DNA of 64,000 nt. Source: Octopus sinensis (Eukaryota). The stretch spans positions 33,437-97,436 of the forward strand of contig NW_021832839.1 in NCBI RefSeq assembly GCF_006345805.1. Direction: 5' to 3'. Each line of letters opens with the position of its first letter. Position 1 is the stretch's first letter. Positions 12,170-24,749 of this stretch are shown here, one piece after another. Position numbers and translations under genes: made by a program. The notes beneath the pieces were generated by a model. The model worked only from the letters and a program-made list of their open reading frames with translations, ran no database searches and had not been told where the DNA came from.

Positions 12170-13530
12170 TTTAAAATGAATAAATTATTGTCAATTCCGA
12201 TAATAAAATGTGAAAAATCACTGATGATGTTTGTGATGTGGTCATAAAAATCAAATTTGGCTGCAACCACGTCAATCAACTGCTCAAGACATGCCTTAGG
12301 CCCACTATTGACCATATTTATGACCTAAAGTGAGACAGACAGACGACCTTCTCCAAATGGCAGTCCACAAGTCGATAATACTCACACTTCTCCTTGTTCA
12401 GTATCCCCTCAAATTCAGTCAGTAGCTCATTGGCCACGTTTTTTGAATATTTTTTCAAAATACCATCACAGAATTCCCTCGGCAACAAGTCACTACTCCG
12501 AACTGAAGTCATGTCCTGATTTTGCTCCAAAAACTTGATTTGTGCCTCCAAACTTACACATTTTGCCTTCATTTGGTTATTCTTTAATACAATCTCGGGC
12601 AACCTAGCATTACTGTATGACCATTACTTGTTCTTTATCAGTTCATAATCATTCTCATCTTCTTCATTTAAAAACATAAATTTTTCTTGTATCTAAATTA
12701 TAATTATTTTTAATTTAATTTTTAAATAAATATTTGAAATAATACGTTTTGTGTGGTCGTGTTTATTTCATTCAGTACTGTGATTGCATCACGACAAAAC
12801 TCCTCAAAACGACCTATAAAATCCTCACATGGAATTCTTTCAATCAAATCAGAATAAACGTTTTTAAACTCCTTAAAAGAGCCATCCAATCTCTCTAATT
12901 AGACCTACTCACAACAACCTGAAGTGCCAATTCAGCATGTTCGTACTCAAATGTGCCATTAGTCGTGTCCAAATCACTTTTTTGAGTCAAAGTTGCTGTT
13001 ATTTGTGACTGTTTTCTGATATAGTGTAATTTATTTTACTCTCGAATAAATTTCTTGTGTTGAAGAGCGTCAAATTTGAGCTTTAAATTACTCTGCATTT
13101 CATCGCATAGTTCTCTAGTGAGATTGACAGGATTTTTGTTACATTAATTCGTCTAATTCATAATCTGAACTCTCTTCTTGGTCGATCGTAGACTGCTGGC
13201 AAGTGGGGATATCTGGGAAGTCGAAATCGATTAGACATCTACTAGAAAATGCACCAGCAGAGTTTAGGAAATTGTTTTTAGCTTAAATATAGACAAAATT
13301 GAAATTACGGAAATTAAAAGAGAAGACGATATTACTCAAGAAAGATGGAGACGCACTAATAAGCTCGGCTCTTTACTAACCACTAATATTGTCTTTTTGA
13401 TTTTTGAGTGTTGCACATGCGAGGCTATTAACACTCGCTTTGTACTTTCTTACTGAAGAAATTAGAGAAACTTAATTTAGTCCATTCTGTCTACATGGCT
13501 TGTTTTTTCGGATTCTTGTTCATTATTTTC
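12170..13530 (-). CDS. Hypothetical intron-containing gene(s), partly coiled-coil
   Basis: ORF 12318-12602 plus short coding-like segments joined by GT..AG gaps of ~25 nt; no family recognised, bounds uncertain. Confidence 0.35.
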
Positions 13531-13732
13531 AAAATCGTTTAAAGAATTTTGACTTTCAATACAACATGTTTCATTTTTGTGTTTTCAATGCTTAAAATAT
13601 ATTTACTTTTGAGAAGATCAAAAATATCAATTTCAAAATTTTTTTATATGATTTATTAAAAATTTTGAAACAATTTCTGACCCTCTCTTTAAATAAGTCT
13701 TCCCATGACATTTTTGTAAAAAGACACTAGAC

Positions 13733-15702
13733 CAGGGGTTCTCAAGTGCGGCCCTCGGGGCCGCATGCGGCCCCGAGAATCTTTTTTGCGGCCCCGACTT
13801 CCAAACTTTAAAATAAATTTTGGATATAAAATTAATTGTAAATTAATATTATTAAAGATATATTTTAACTACACGTGTTTGTAAATATATTTCAGGTTGA
13901 GTATTTTTTCATGCCATCAAAGAAATATCGAACATTATCTCAAGAAAATAGAGAATTTCAAATTGAATGGGAAGAAAAGTTTTTTTTCGTTGAACTGAAT
14001 GTTAAAGCTGTTTGTTTGATATGCAACTGTGTCATTAATTCATTGAAAAATTATACTATTGAACGTCATTATAAGAAGCACTCCGAAATATACAATTTAT
14101 ATCTCGGAGAGTCAAGGAAAAAAAAACTCAATATATTAAAGACGTCATTTAAAAATCAGTCCTCAATATTTAAACCAGTGGAAAATAAGCATCAGTTATT
14201 AACGTCTTATAAAATTAGCCACCTTCTTGCTGTAAATATGAAACCTTATTCTGACGGAGAAATTATTAAAACTGCTATTTCCATTTTTTGTGATGAATGT
14301 TGTCTGTCAAATATACAAAATATTGCAAAACGATTACCATTAAGTAATGATACTATTACAAGAAGAATAGAATGTATTTTTGAGGACCTTGCCCGTCAGC
14401 TAATCAAGTTCTTTACTATTAAAAATAATTTTTATAGAACATCGAAAGATTTTTTATATCATTCTTTTGCTGTCGACACGAGTAAAGATATCTCTGATAC
14501 CGAACAAATGGTCGTATGCATTAGAGGTGTCACTTCGGATTTTAAAATTTCTGAAGAATTTTTTTCTCTTCGTTCATTAAAAGGCACTACAAAAGGAATG
14601 GATGTACTTAACGAATTCCTTGAAAGTATTAAAGAATTTGACATTGATCCTTCCAAAATAATTTCCATATGTACTGATGGGGGGGCGAATATGATTGGTC
14701 GTAATAAAGGGTTTCATGGACTTTATTCAGAATGGAGACTTGAAAAAAATCTTGATCCTATATTTTGGCAACATTGTATCATTCATCAGGAGAATATAAT
14801 CGCAAAGTCACTTAAAATGCAAAATGTAATAAGTACGGTGTTGTCCATTGTGAATTGGATACGCGGTAAATCTCTCAATCACAGGAGATTTAAAAAAATG
14901 TTAGTGGAAATTGACACAGTGCATAATGATGTGCTTTACCATACCTTGGAGGGATCAAATAATGCTCAAAGATACAATTCATTTTACTTGTTTGAGTGAA
15001 AATAAAGCTAACGGTTCATTTGAAAAATATACTACCATTATCAGTCACCTTATTGTTGAATTTGAAAAACGTTCTAAGGTTTATTAAAATTAGTTTATTT
15101 TAAGAATTTTGATGAAATTTTGCCATCAATGAAAATTTTTGCAGCACCATTCAATATAGATCCTAAGAATGCTCCGCCATCACTCCAATTAGAATTGATA
15201 GACCTTCAATCAGATGTGCAATTTACCTCAGTGCAAAAGATTGAAAATTTAATGGAATTTTATAGTTCACTTCCCAAAGAAAAATATCCGAATATACTCA
15301 TAAATGCTTATAAATATGCTTCAATGTTCGGATCCACTTATTTATGTGAGTCAATTTTCAGTAAAATGATTCACATAAAAAATAAATATCGAAATAAATT
15401 GACTGATAATCACTTATGCCAGCTTTTGCGATCTACATGTGCCTCCTATATTCCGTGTTATGACAAATTAGTTAACAATTAGTTAAAATAGCTAACAATT
15501 TTTCGTTTTAGTTAACATTTTTCGTTTTAGTCATTTTCCTTTAATTAATTAAGACTAACTATCTCGGTTCTGAATAAAAAATGAATCTAAAAAAAAATTA
15601 GTTAAAAGTTAATGAAAGTTTTAATTTAATTTATTCTGCGGCCCCGAAGACAATGGTTAATTATCGATTTGGCCCCGACGTTAAAAAACTTGAGAAACCC
15701 TG
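13733..15702 (+). mobile_element. hAT (Buster/SPIN-like) DNA transposon, internally deleted
   Basis: TIRs caggggttctcaag / cttgagaaaccctg; 8-bp TSD cactagac (13725-13732, 15703-15710); BED-like CLIC..RHY..H, TDGG, HCIIHQE and FGSTYLCESIFS. Confidence 0.95.
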
Positions 15703-16039
15703 CACTAGACCTTAAATTCAATTTCTTGTAAGAATTATAGACCGAAAGATTCGAGTTTTCAACAATTCCGTCAAATAGATCAACTTTCGTTGGGTAAAAT
15801 TACTCTTGGAAGATTTAATTATCCCAATATCCATGGTTAAGCAAACCAGAATTATTTTTAGTCAAAAAAATATTTTCATATATTCCAAATTCGTTTCGAT
15901 ATAGTGCGCAGGCCAGTTGTCAATCAATAGTAAAATTCGATTTTTGAGCTGTAAATCAAAATTAACCAACAAATCCATAAATATAAATCCAGTCACCCAA
16001 GCTCATTGTGAACTATAGTAGAAAATGAATCATCTATAG

Positions 16040-16963
16040 CAGGGCTGGCCAACCCAAAACGTTTTTTTCGACTTGAGAGAAGAAATCAAAAGTTTTATGA
16101 TGCATAAGAAAATGACATTACTGAATTAAATGATGAAGAATGGATGCTAGATCTGTGCTTTTTGGTAGATATAACCGAAAAATTAATCAATTAAACAAGG
16201 AGTTACAAGGACAGGATAATTTGATTACTAATGCATGCCATCAAGTCAAAGCATTTCGAATGAAATTGTCATTGTTTGAATGTCAAATAAGAAATGGAAA
16301 TGATCAACATTTTCCAACGCTAAATCAATTTAAATCAACAGCCATTGTAAAAATTTCTTCAAGTACGCTGATGAAATAAAAAATCTTGCTGCAGCATTTG
16401 ACAGTCGATTCTCGGAACTAAAAAAATATGAGAAATGTTTGAAACATTTTCTTCTCCATTTCATGTTGACGTTTCTATTGTTTCAAATACTTTGCAGACG
16501 GAAATAATTGACCTACAGTGCAACAGTGAACTAAGACTGTTTATCCTACTATATCCAAAATTGACTTTTTATAACAAATATGTGACTGCAGAAAAATATC
16601 CCAACTTAAGAATTTTTGCACAAAGAGTTGTAAGCTCCTTTGGATCTACTTACGTATGTGAATCATTCTTTTCGAAATTAAAGTTTAGTAAAGAGATATA
16701 ATCTTCTTTAACAGATAAAAACTTAGAAAACCAATTAAGATGTGCAACTAGTAATTGTGAAGTTGATTTGAAAAAATTAAGTGAAGATAAAGAAAAACAG
16801 ATTTCTCATTGATACGTATAATTGACTGAATGCTATTTTATACTAATAAAATCTTATCTGTGTTGTTTTGATATCTATCCTTAGTATGTACATTATATGC
16901 GGCCGCGGAAAGGATTCCATTTGGACAAAGTGGCCCGCGATGCGATTTGGGTTGGCCAGCCTG
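16040..16963 (+). mobile_element. Non-autonomous hAT (Buster) element
   Basis: TIRs cagggctggccaacccaaa / tttgggttggccagcctg; TSD atctatag; C-terminal FGSTYVCESFFS remnant. Confidence 0.92.
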
Positions 16964-17532
16964 ATCTATAGTCATAATTTCAAATACATCGAGGCATTTT
17001 TGGTCTTAAAATCATCACTGGTTTCAAATTATGGGTTCCGCTCATGTTTGAGCATATCATAATCGAGACACAATTTTTAAAATTGTTGTAAATTTTTTTG
17101 AATGTTTTGAAATAGCGTTCTTCTTCAGTAAAAAATATTTATTGTTTTTCTTGATTTTGTCTTCGAAATCCATCAGTTAGACGTTTGAACAAAATTTCAT
17201 CATTTACTTCCTTATAATTAACAATTTCAGTTTTTTCTTCAAAAGTAAGCCGAGTATACCTTTCAAGAAAGGAATTGGAAGATTAAATTGTTATTAAATT
17301 CTAAATTTTAACCAATTTGCGAAGGCCAAGTGTATCTTCGAAACACAATTTGAAAAGAAAAGTGGAAATTAAGTATTTAAAATCACAAGCAGCTGTTATA
17401 TCTCGATGGCTAGCATCATAGAAACAAATAAAGGTCTTATCAAAGTAATTAAAATGGTCTTAGCATTTTGATGTAAATCAGCAGAAAGACTAAAAATTTG
17501 ATTTAAAAAGCAAGTTTGACCAAATAAGCACA

Positions 17533-18469
17533 TCAATAAAAATATTGGGGATCATATGTTATCCAATTAGGTTTGAGTTGATTGGCTGCCTTCTCACTCG
17601 TACTAAATATAGACTTGTACACCTCCGTGGACTCCCCCTCCTGAATACTCCTCGTCTCACTCCTCACTTCAACTCCCCGAGTAGTCCGGTCGGAATCCTC
17701 GTTCACAATCCTCTTTGTGGCAGACGACAGTTCCAATCCATGCCTGTGTTTCTCAGACTTACACTTCCCCGACTTTGCCCTCCGTGCCAACATGAGTGCC
17801 TCCACCTCCTGAACTCGTCCACGTCTGGGAATTGATAGTAATGACATCCACATCCCCCTCAAACACAGCAGAACACTGCATAGGCCACAAATACTCAAAC
17901 TATAGGACAGGACGACTGGTTGATTGCGTCCAACGCCTTTCTGCTGAGAACACAGCCACAGGGCCTCAAATATACGAATCTGAGTAATGAAGACAGCCTA
18001 CTTGTGGTGACCGTTCATTTCCACGTTGGTGATTGGACATTTGAAGGGGAGACGTGTCGGTCGTTGTATCCATTTCCCAGGATTTGTTGCTTTTCGTGGA
18101 ATAAATCGTTGTCACATAAATTGAGTTCGGTGACATGCTGGGATATAGTCAGAAAATAACTTTTAGTCGCTTGATGTGGTCAAATTGGGAGGCGAGGGGA
18201 GAGGATGTCTTGTCGAGAAGGAGGGCAATCACAGCCTCCTTATTATACAGTCTGATACTCACCAACGGAATGCCAACCTGCCCAATTCACAAGACACTAT
18301 TGGCTTCTTTAAGGTGTGCTGAGATATTGAGCAGGTTCGCCATTTTGTTTCGTGGACAGACTCTCTGTCTTTCTGTTATGTATCAGGTTATTTAACTTAC
18401 TATCGGTGGCTTGGGTTTTTCTTTGACCATCTCTGTCCTATGTGGTATGCTTCCTCCATCTCCTCCCAT
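17533..18469 (-). CDS. RTF2: Replication termination factor 2
   Basis: N-terminus MGGDGGSIPHRTEMVK; C-terminus EVYKSIFS...NWITY. Confidence 0.88.
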
Positions 18470-19013
18470 TTGCTTAAAACCACAACGAACAAAAAACACA
18501 AATTGATATTTTTTGTAAATAAATTATTTTTTATATAAATATCATACAATTTTATAACTATTAATAAAATTCATTCAAATTAATAGATGAAAATCAATTT
18601 TTCACTGCCATCAAATTTCTGTTAATATTCATTATCGCAAGTCTCTTATTATGCTTTATTGCATATTTTTGGATTTTGAATTATTCAGAAATTTCTTTTT
18701 CCTTCATTCGAAAGCAGCTCTTGTTTATTTAAAGCGAATGTTTATAAGAAAATTCATTCTCCGACACAGGCACCATTTCAAATTTGTTTTGTTTTTCTTT
18801 TTTAGACAACTTGGCACATTTTCCAAAATAATTTGATGAATCAACAAGATTTTAACTTTCTTTACTACTCCCTAACTTGTTCAGTCCAGCTTCAAAATGT
18901 TATTTTGGGAAAAGATTTTTCAGATGTTGCTCAAATAGATTTAAACTGCCTCGAGTTATTGTGAGAGTAAATAAAGATTTGATTATTTAAAACATAATAA
19001 AGTATCCATAGCA

Positions 19014-20181
19014 ATGAAAACAAAGCAAGCACACGATGGGAGAGTATCCTCCTGCCAGTTTGGAGGTGCTTGTGACGAATTGATTCTCTCCTCCTCGCAC
19101 GATGGGAAAGTGCGGCTGTGGGAGACGGACAATCTCGACTTGGTTTCCGATTTGGACACAGCCCACAACAAAAATGTCTGCAACGCAAAATTCTCACACG
19201 ACTACAAAAAGTGGATTGATACAATTTATTGCAGAGTCTATTCAGGGGGTTGGGACAAGACAGTGTGCTGTACTGATGTGGAGACTGGGAGACCTCTGGT
19301 GAGAGTAGCTAAGTAAATTGCAGTGGAGAACAATTCATCCAGGGATAGTGACGTGGGTGGATGTCGGGGAATGGCTTGTTGCCTCTGTTTCAGATCCCGA
19401 CCTTGTGTTACGAGTATGGGACTCCCGAAGTGGGACATGTGTCCATCAAACATTTGGTGGGAGTATATTACCCTCAGCATAGGTCTTCATAACTCCACCA
19501 TCTCGTCTTGTTCTATATCGAAAAGTGGGGATAAAATATTCACCACCTCATTTGACTATACCGCGAAATGCTACGACCTCATTTCTCAACGACAGACCAT
19601 GGATTTGAGGTATCGATGACATCACTTAGTCATAGAGGTCACACGTGTGCCATTTCTCGCGGGACACTCTCGGAGAACGCATATGTCACTGCTGGGTGTG
19701 ACAGGAATCTGTGCTATTGGACGATAGCTGGAGGGGAGTACAGGTGGTTCTCGGTTTCTGAGTGAAGGCATGCGGGACCTGCCCAAATGAATGGGGGACA
19801 TTATAGTTGTGTCTCCTCCTGTGTTTTTTCCCACGACAGTGAATGTTTTATTGTCAGATCTAGACCAATTTATTATTTCTTGTGGATTTGATCAGCGTCT
19901 AGTTTTGTGGGATGTGCAGACATGTTCACTGGTCAATAAATGGACAGTCAATGTCGGTCTGATACACGACGTGGATGTAAATATGGACAACTCTCAGTTC
20001 CTAATTGCATCAGAGGTACAATTCTTCTCTCATTTATAGAACGGAGCCATCCACACAAAGCAATTTAATTCTCCAGTCCACGACCATGTCCAAAAGAGAA
20101 GAAACACAGTTCATGTTATTCTTTTTACTCGATTTGAGTAGTGTCGAACCTGCAAGTCTTGCGTCGTGTCGACTGAACTAA
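19014..20181 (+). CDS. WD40-repeat protein (possibly WDR88-like)
   Basis: Repeats AH..SSSHDGKVRLWE, SGGWDKTV, TTSFDYTAKCYD and SCGFDQRLVLWD; start uncertain. Confidence 0.8.
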
Positions 20182-20249
20182 TCCATGACCAATGCATCGA
20201 CTGTCGATTGGAAAACTGCACTAATTAGGATTTTTTAACACCAGAATTG

Positions 20250-20960
20250 AATTCTGATTTATATTGTTATTTTGCACGAAACACAAAAAGAGAACTTTCA
20301 GTTTTTATCGTCGGTTGTGGCGTACTATCAGCATTTTCTAGTAGCATTCGACCATTTTCAGGTCATTTGCAAGGATAGTGAGAGGGTTGTCCATGGTCTC
20401 CGTTGAAACCAGGCGGTGCTTAGGGAATATGACTCCATTATGTAGGATTCATCCTCAAAATACATCCAAATAGTCTTTATTTGTTGTCTAAGGTACTGAA
20501 GTCCCTCTATTGAACAATGTTTAATACAAACAGTGGAGAACTTGCATTAATGACACTCATGATCGGGGGAATTTCTGCAAAGAACAAAACTTACAGATTT
20601 GCTATGTAGTATCTATATCCTGCCTTCAAGAAACAAAAGTAAAAAATAGAAACTTGATAAAGACGTGAAAGCATATAAAATTATTCTACTGAAGCCAAAG
20701 TGGAGATAATATAAATAGGTATTTTCTATATTTCTTTTCTGACATTTAATTTTCTATTTTGACAGCTGTTAGCTCCAATATGCCAAAAGCATGATTGAGC
20801 ACTTTCCTAATCTTTTCGATGTTTTCTGAAACAAAATCTGCGTCATCCGAGTAAATCAGTTCTGTAGTCGAAATTGCTTTAATTTTCGCTTTTATTTCCT
20901 AGAAGGCAGCCTCAAGGTATATAACAAATAAGAGCCTGTAAGTCATCATTCTAATCTTGT
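20250..20960 (-). mobile_element. Decayed LINE reverse transcriptase relic
   Basis: LFVIYLEAAF*...ELIYSDDADF (YxDD) plus an RLFGxIL-like tail. Confidence 0.65.
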
Positions 20961-21141
20961 CGCCTCTTGGCTTATTTTCTTGTCAAATGAGTTACTCAAG
21001 GTAAACATAAAGTAAAAAGTGGAATTAAAGAAAATCCAACTTTAAGTTATTTTTAGTCAAAACAGTTAAATTCAGTCTATGTTAATTTTTTTTTATTCAA
21101 AAATAACAATTGTTAAATGATTATATTCGATACTGGAGTAG

Positions 21142-21451
21142 CTAAGAGTCGTTTGAAATGAGATCGAGGAATTCTGTTGAATGAAAATTAAGTTGCACCT
21201 TTAAAATTGATATTTCCATCGCTATCCTGGTCGCAAGATTTAATTAGATTTCGACATTCTTCTTCTGTACAGCAGACACCCGCAAGATTAAAAACTTTGC
21301 TGAGTTCTCTGGCGTTTATTTTCCCGTTGCTGTCCAAGTCCAATTGGTCAAAACATTTTTTGACATCTAACAAAATGACTGGAAAAAAACTCTCGAGATC
21401 GGTTGAAATGAACTTTCTCGACTATTAGACATTAACCAAATACAAAACCAT
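21142..21451 (-). CDS. Two-EF-hand calmodulin-like protein, copy B
   Basis: Same 310-nt gene span and the same EF-hand ORF as 6135-6444. Confidence 0.85.
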
Positions 21452-21677
21452 TCAAAGATGACCGAAATATTTGACATTCTCTTTTATTCATGCTGAAGGT
21501 CTGAACAATGTATATTTCACTTATGAATTGACTTTATTTTAATAAAAATACACGTTTATATACAATGACGCAGAGATTCATTGGTTGTGAATCATCTCGC
21601 TGAAACTAAGAGTGCTTAGAGCAAATGCGAATGAATGAACAAAGACTCGAAAACGTTCCAAATGATGAGAACAGTGA

Positions 21678-22601
21678 CTATATTTTGCTAACTAAAACGA
21701 GAAAAGCAACTCCAGCCAAGGCAGAAAGCAATATTTGGAAAGTGTGTCGCATTCCCCCGACTTGGTGGGAGCCCTTTGTGAGCGGCCCGAGCATGTTTAC
21801 AGTGCCGATGTATATGAACCCCCCGGTGCAGAAGGGAATCAAAACTCCCTCAATACGCGAACTCAAATTGCCCAAAACAAATGACAGGATGACGCCAAAA
21901 ATGAAGCCCAGTGCCGTGACGAACTGAAGGAGTATTGCCTATCATAAGACATGGAAACAAGCCTGCTTTTTGGTGCAATTGGCGTTGATTAGACTGACAA
22001 AGTCCCCAATCTCGTTGGGAAATTCGTGGCACAGAATAGAAAATGACGAACTCAGTCCGAGAGATGTGCTGTGCATAAACGACGCGCCGATGATCAGCCC
22101 GTCAGTGATGTTGTGCACAAAATCCCCTACGAGGTTGATGAATCCTTGCGCCTTCATTGAAATCTGCTCTTTCGCACTGTGCTCTGCGTCACTTTTCTCT
22201 TTCGTTCTGCGACGAATGGTTGTCGACTCCGTGACAATCGGCTCCGAAGGTTCCTCTGGGGCGTCGGTCGGGGATGCTTTGAGAGTCAAATTGAGGACTT
22301 TTTCCATAGCAAAAAAGCCATAGAGTCCCACTAAAATGAAATATCTGTTGTTGGCAGTGTTGGCGGTGGTGAATATTTCAGGCATCAAATGGAAAAATAC
22401 GTCCGACAGCAACCCCCCGGAAGCAAAGGCGAGCAGAATCTACGAATAGGACATTATCCATGTCACCTCCAAGGACCCGTCCCAGTTACTTTTGTTTACG
22501 CTCACGAAAATGAGGAGAAGTGCAGGCAAAATGCCGACTGTGATTGCTGCGAGAATTGCCTGGACGATCGGGAAGTCGAGAAGGAGGTGGAGAGTGACCA
22601 T
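21678..22601 (-). CDS. ZIP (SLC39 LIV-1) metal transporter, copy B
   Basis: Intact copy with a few amino-acid changes (e.g. LERV/MEKV, NNGY/NNRY); GC-AG intron 21939-21962. Confidence 0.9.
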
Positions 22602-23111
22602 TGTAGACTGGCTGTTGAAAATTAAATTCTGCACTTTTCTACGATTATATATCTTTTTGAGAATCAATAAAATAATTTAAATCAGCTCATTAGTGTTTGG
22701 GAGTTGTCGTAGAATGAATCAAATTAAAATTATTCAATCGCAATTACTCCTTGAATGGCTGATAATTATTAATTTACTTTTACCCCGGATAAATTGTTCT
22801 CTTTACACACACATTGACAAATCTTGTTCAAAAATTCAAATTTCTTATATTTCACTACTCTTAGATCATGACGTATTACTCGGAGTGTCGTTACTATCAT
22901 TCCGTGTTCTGAGCTTTTTTCTTCAAAGTAATTTTTATTGGTAACTTTGATTAACAATCGCCTCAAAATTCACAATTGTCGCTTTCCTGTCCAAATAGTC
23001 AACCACCAAGTAGTTACTTCTATGCAGATAATCAAATTATTTGACAATAGTGTTTTTATAAATTGTTTGAGTAATACAACAAAAAAGCAACATCACAATT
23101 TGTTTACAAAA

Positions 23112-24626
23112 TCATCGTAAAATATCAAACGTGTCACCATCCTCAATCATTTCACTGCAAAATGTGCGCGGCGGAGACTTGATCGGTATTTCTTCTACGA
23201 CCTGATCGTCCGAATTTACAGGGCGGTGGAATGTCGCATCAATCAGAGACTGCAAAGGCGTTTGTTTCCTTTCATTGGTCGTTGAATTGAGTTGACTATT
23301 CAGCGAAGGGAGGCTGTTGAGCATTGCGAGTGGCGTCGGCAATTTTTTAGAAACTTTCTGGATGGACTGCTTGTCTTCCATTTTTCGTTTCCTTGGCCGA
23401 TAAATCGTAGGGACAGCCCGTTTATCAGGCACAATAAACGCATAGTTCTGCTGAATCTCATTTATCTCGTCCTGAGGAGCCTGAGGAGTGGCCGGTGGAG
23501 ACACTCGGTCACAGAGAATGCAGGGTTTCTGAAAACGAATAATCGCCTGCTTTCCCGACGACTTGCGTATTTCATGCTTAAGCAACTCCGAACGTGCCAT
23601 GTCCACCACACAGCTCAAAATAGAACGAGGAAACTCATCAGAACTCCCCATTTGGGACGAAGGGGCCACCCAGTCGTACATAAGTTCGATCGGGGACTTG
23701 GAGCCGAGCATTAAGTAGACCTCCACCACCGAGAGCTGTCCAGCCTTGCCGACAGAAAGTCCTCCTTCCCACAGGGCAGTCACACTTTCGAGAGAACCAG
23801 AGAAATTGGACAAATTGCGACTCAAATTGTTGGTATTTTGGAGAATACTGGACGTGTGGGAGTCCGTGTTGTGCAGTCGAATTCTCCCAGAAGAGGACAC
23901 CAGTTGGTATGCCACAGCACTCTTCCCACTCGGAAGGAACATCCTCATGTCCCCATTCCCCAACCGTTCTCCCAACAGTTCGAGCAGCACCCCCATTTGC
24001 TGTCCGTGAGGCACTCTCAACTGCAGATTAGCCACAAAGCCACTGCGTTGGACAGTCAGGAGAGCCTGGACAGACCGAGGACGGAGGGACAACATCAAAG
24101 TGTCAGGAAGGAAACTTGAGAGGACAGTTTCGTGTTTTTTGAACAATTCAGAGAGAGCATTGCTTCTGGGCATTTTGACCTTCAAATACTTCTCTTTGTG
24201 GGGGATTCCGAGTCTGGCGAGTGTGTTTTTGCCCACGAGGATGCTCCGATTAAAGACCAGTCCGTTCAGGAACTTGAGGAAATGTGGAGAAGAGTCCACC
24301 TTGCCCAGTCGACGGTACAATTCTCCGTAGGCGACGAGCACGGAGACTTGGCGAATGTCGGTGGGGACATCAGACCCGAAGGAGACATGTCCATCCAGTC
24401 GACGGAAATTACGGAAGAAAAATAGTCGAATTTGACGGACACTTTTGGGGGGTCTTGGCCGACGTGCATAATTTATTCGTGCAGTCAGTTTGTGGAAGTC
24501 CTTTCCGTATTTGCACAAGAGTGAGTAGAAGGCAATTCGGTCCTCAGTGTCCCATATCTTGGCCACCTTGGGAGGGGGGTCTGTGGTTTGTGGGGCAGTA
24601 TCTTCCGTCTTGTTGACATCCTCCAT
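23112..24626 (-). CDS. CRAMP1: Cramped-like SANT-domain chromatin regulator, apparently intronless
   Basis: WDTEDRIAFYSLLCKYGKDF..KSVRQIRLFFFR..LVAYGEL matches the cramped SANT region; ~504-codon uninterrupted ORF. Confidence 0.8.
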   Translation of the reverse strand: MEDVNKTEDTAPQTTDPPPKVAKIWDTEDRIAFYSLLCKYGKDFHKLTARINYARRPRPPKSVRQIRLFFFRNFRRLDGHVSFGSDVPTDIRQVSVLVAYGELYRRLGKVDSSPHFLKFLNGLVFNRSILVGKNTLARLGIPHKEKYLKVKMPRSNALSELFKKHETVLSSFLPDTLMLSLRPRSVQALLTVQRSGFVANLQLRVPHGQQMGVLLELLGERLGNGDMRMFLPSGKSAVAYQLVSSSGRIRLHNTDSHTSSILQNTNNLSRNLSNFSGSLESVTALWEGGLSVGKAGQLSVVEVYLMLGSKSPIELMYDWVAPSSQMGSSDEFPRSILSCVVDMARSELLKHEIRKSSGKQAIIRFQKPCILCDRVSPPATPQAPQDEINEIQQNYAFIVPDKRAVPTIYRPRKRKMEDKQSIQKVSKKLPTPLAMLNSLPSLNSQLNSTTNERKQTPLQSLIDATFHRPVNSDDQVVEEIPIKSPPRTFCSEMIEDGDTFDILR

Positions 24627-24749
24627 GACCACAAGACTTAACTATTTAATAATTTTATTATTTTATTGAATATTATTAACAGGTTTGTTTGAATTTGTAA
24701 TTACTACTGTCACTGTGATCATAAATGAGAAAACTTTTCACTAAAAATT

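Larger units (their letters stand above)
13640..17280 (-). mobile_element. Decayed pogo/Tigger transposase interrupted by two hAT insertions
   Basis: MICSNMSGTHNLKPV..PRC (~17.0 kb) and AWVTGFIF..RILLLIDNWPAH..MDIGIIKS (15.8-16.0 kb) on the minus strand. Confidence 0.7.
20882..22885 (-). repeat. ~2 kb inverted segmental duplication, copy B
   Basis: Reverse complement of 4684-6705 with scattered substitutions and small indels. Confidence 0.95.

Noticed and set aside
4684-22885. 2-kb inverted repeats as TIRs of a giant transposon (Polinton-like)
   Set aside because: The repeats hold ordinary host genes, the interior holds housekeeping genes, and no TSD, integrase or polymerase is seen
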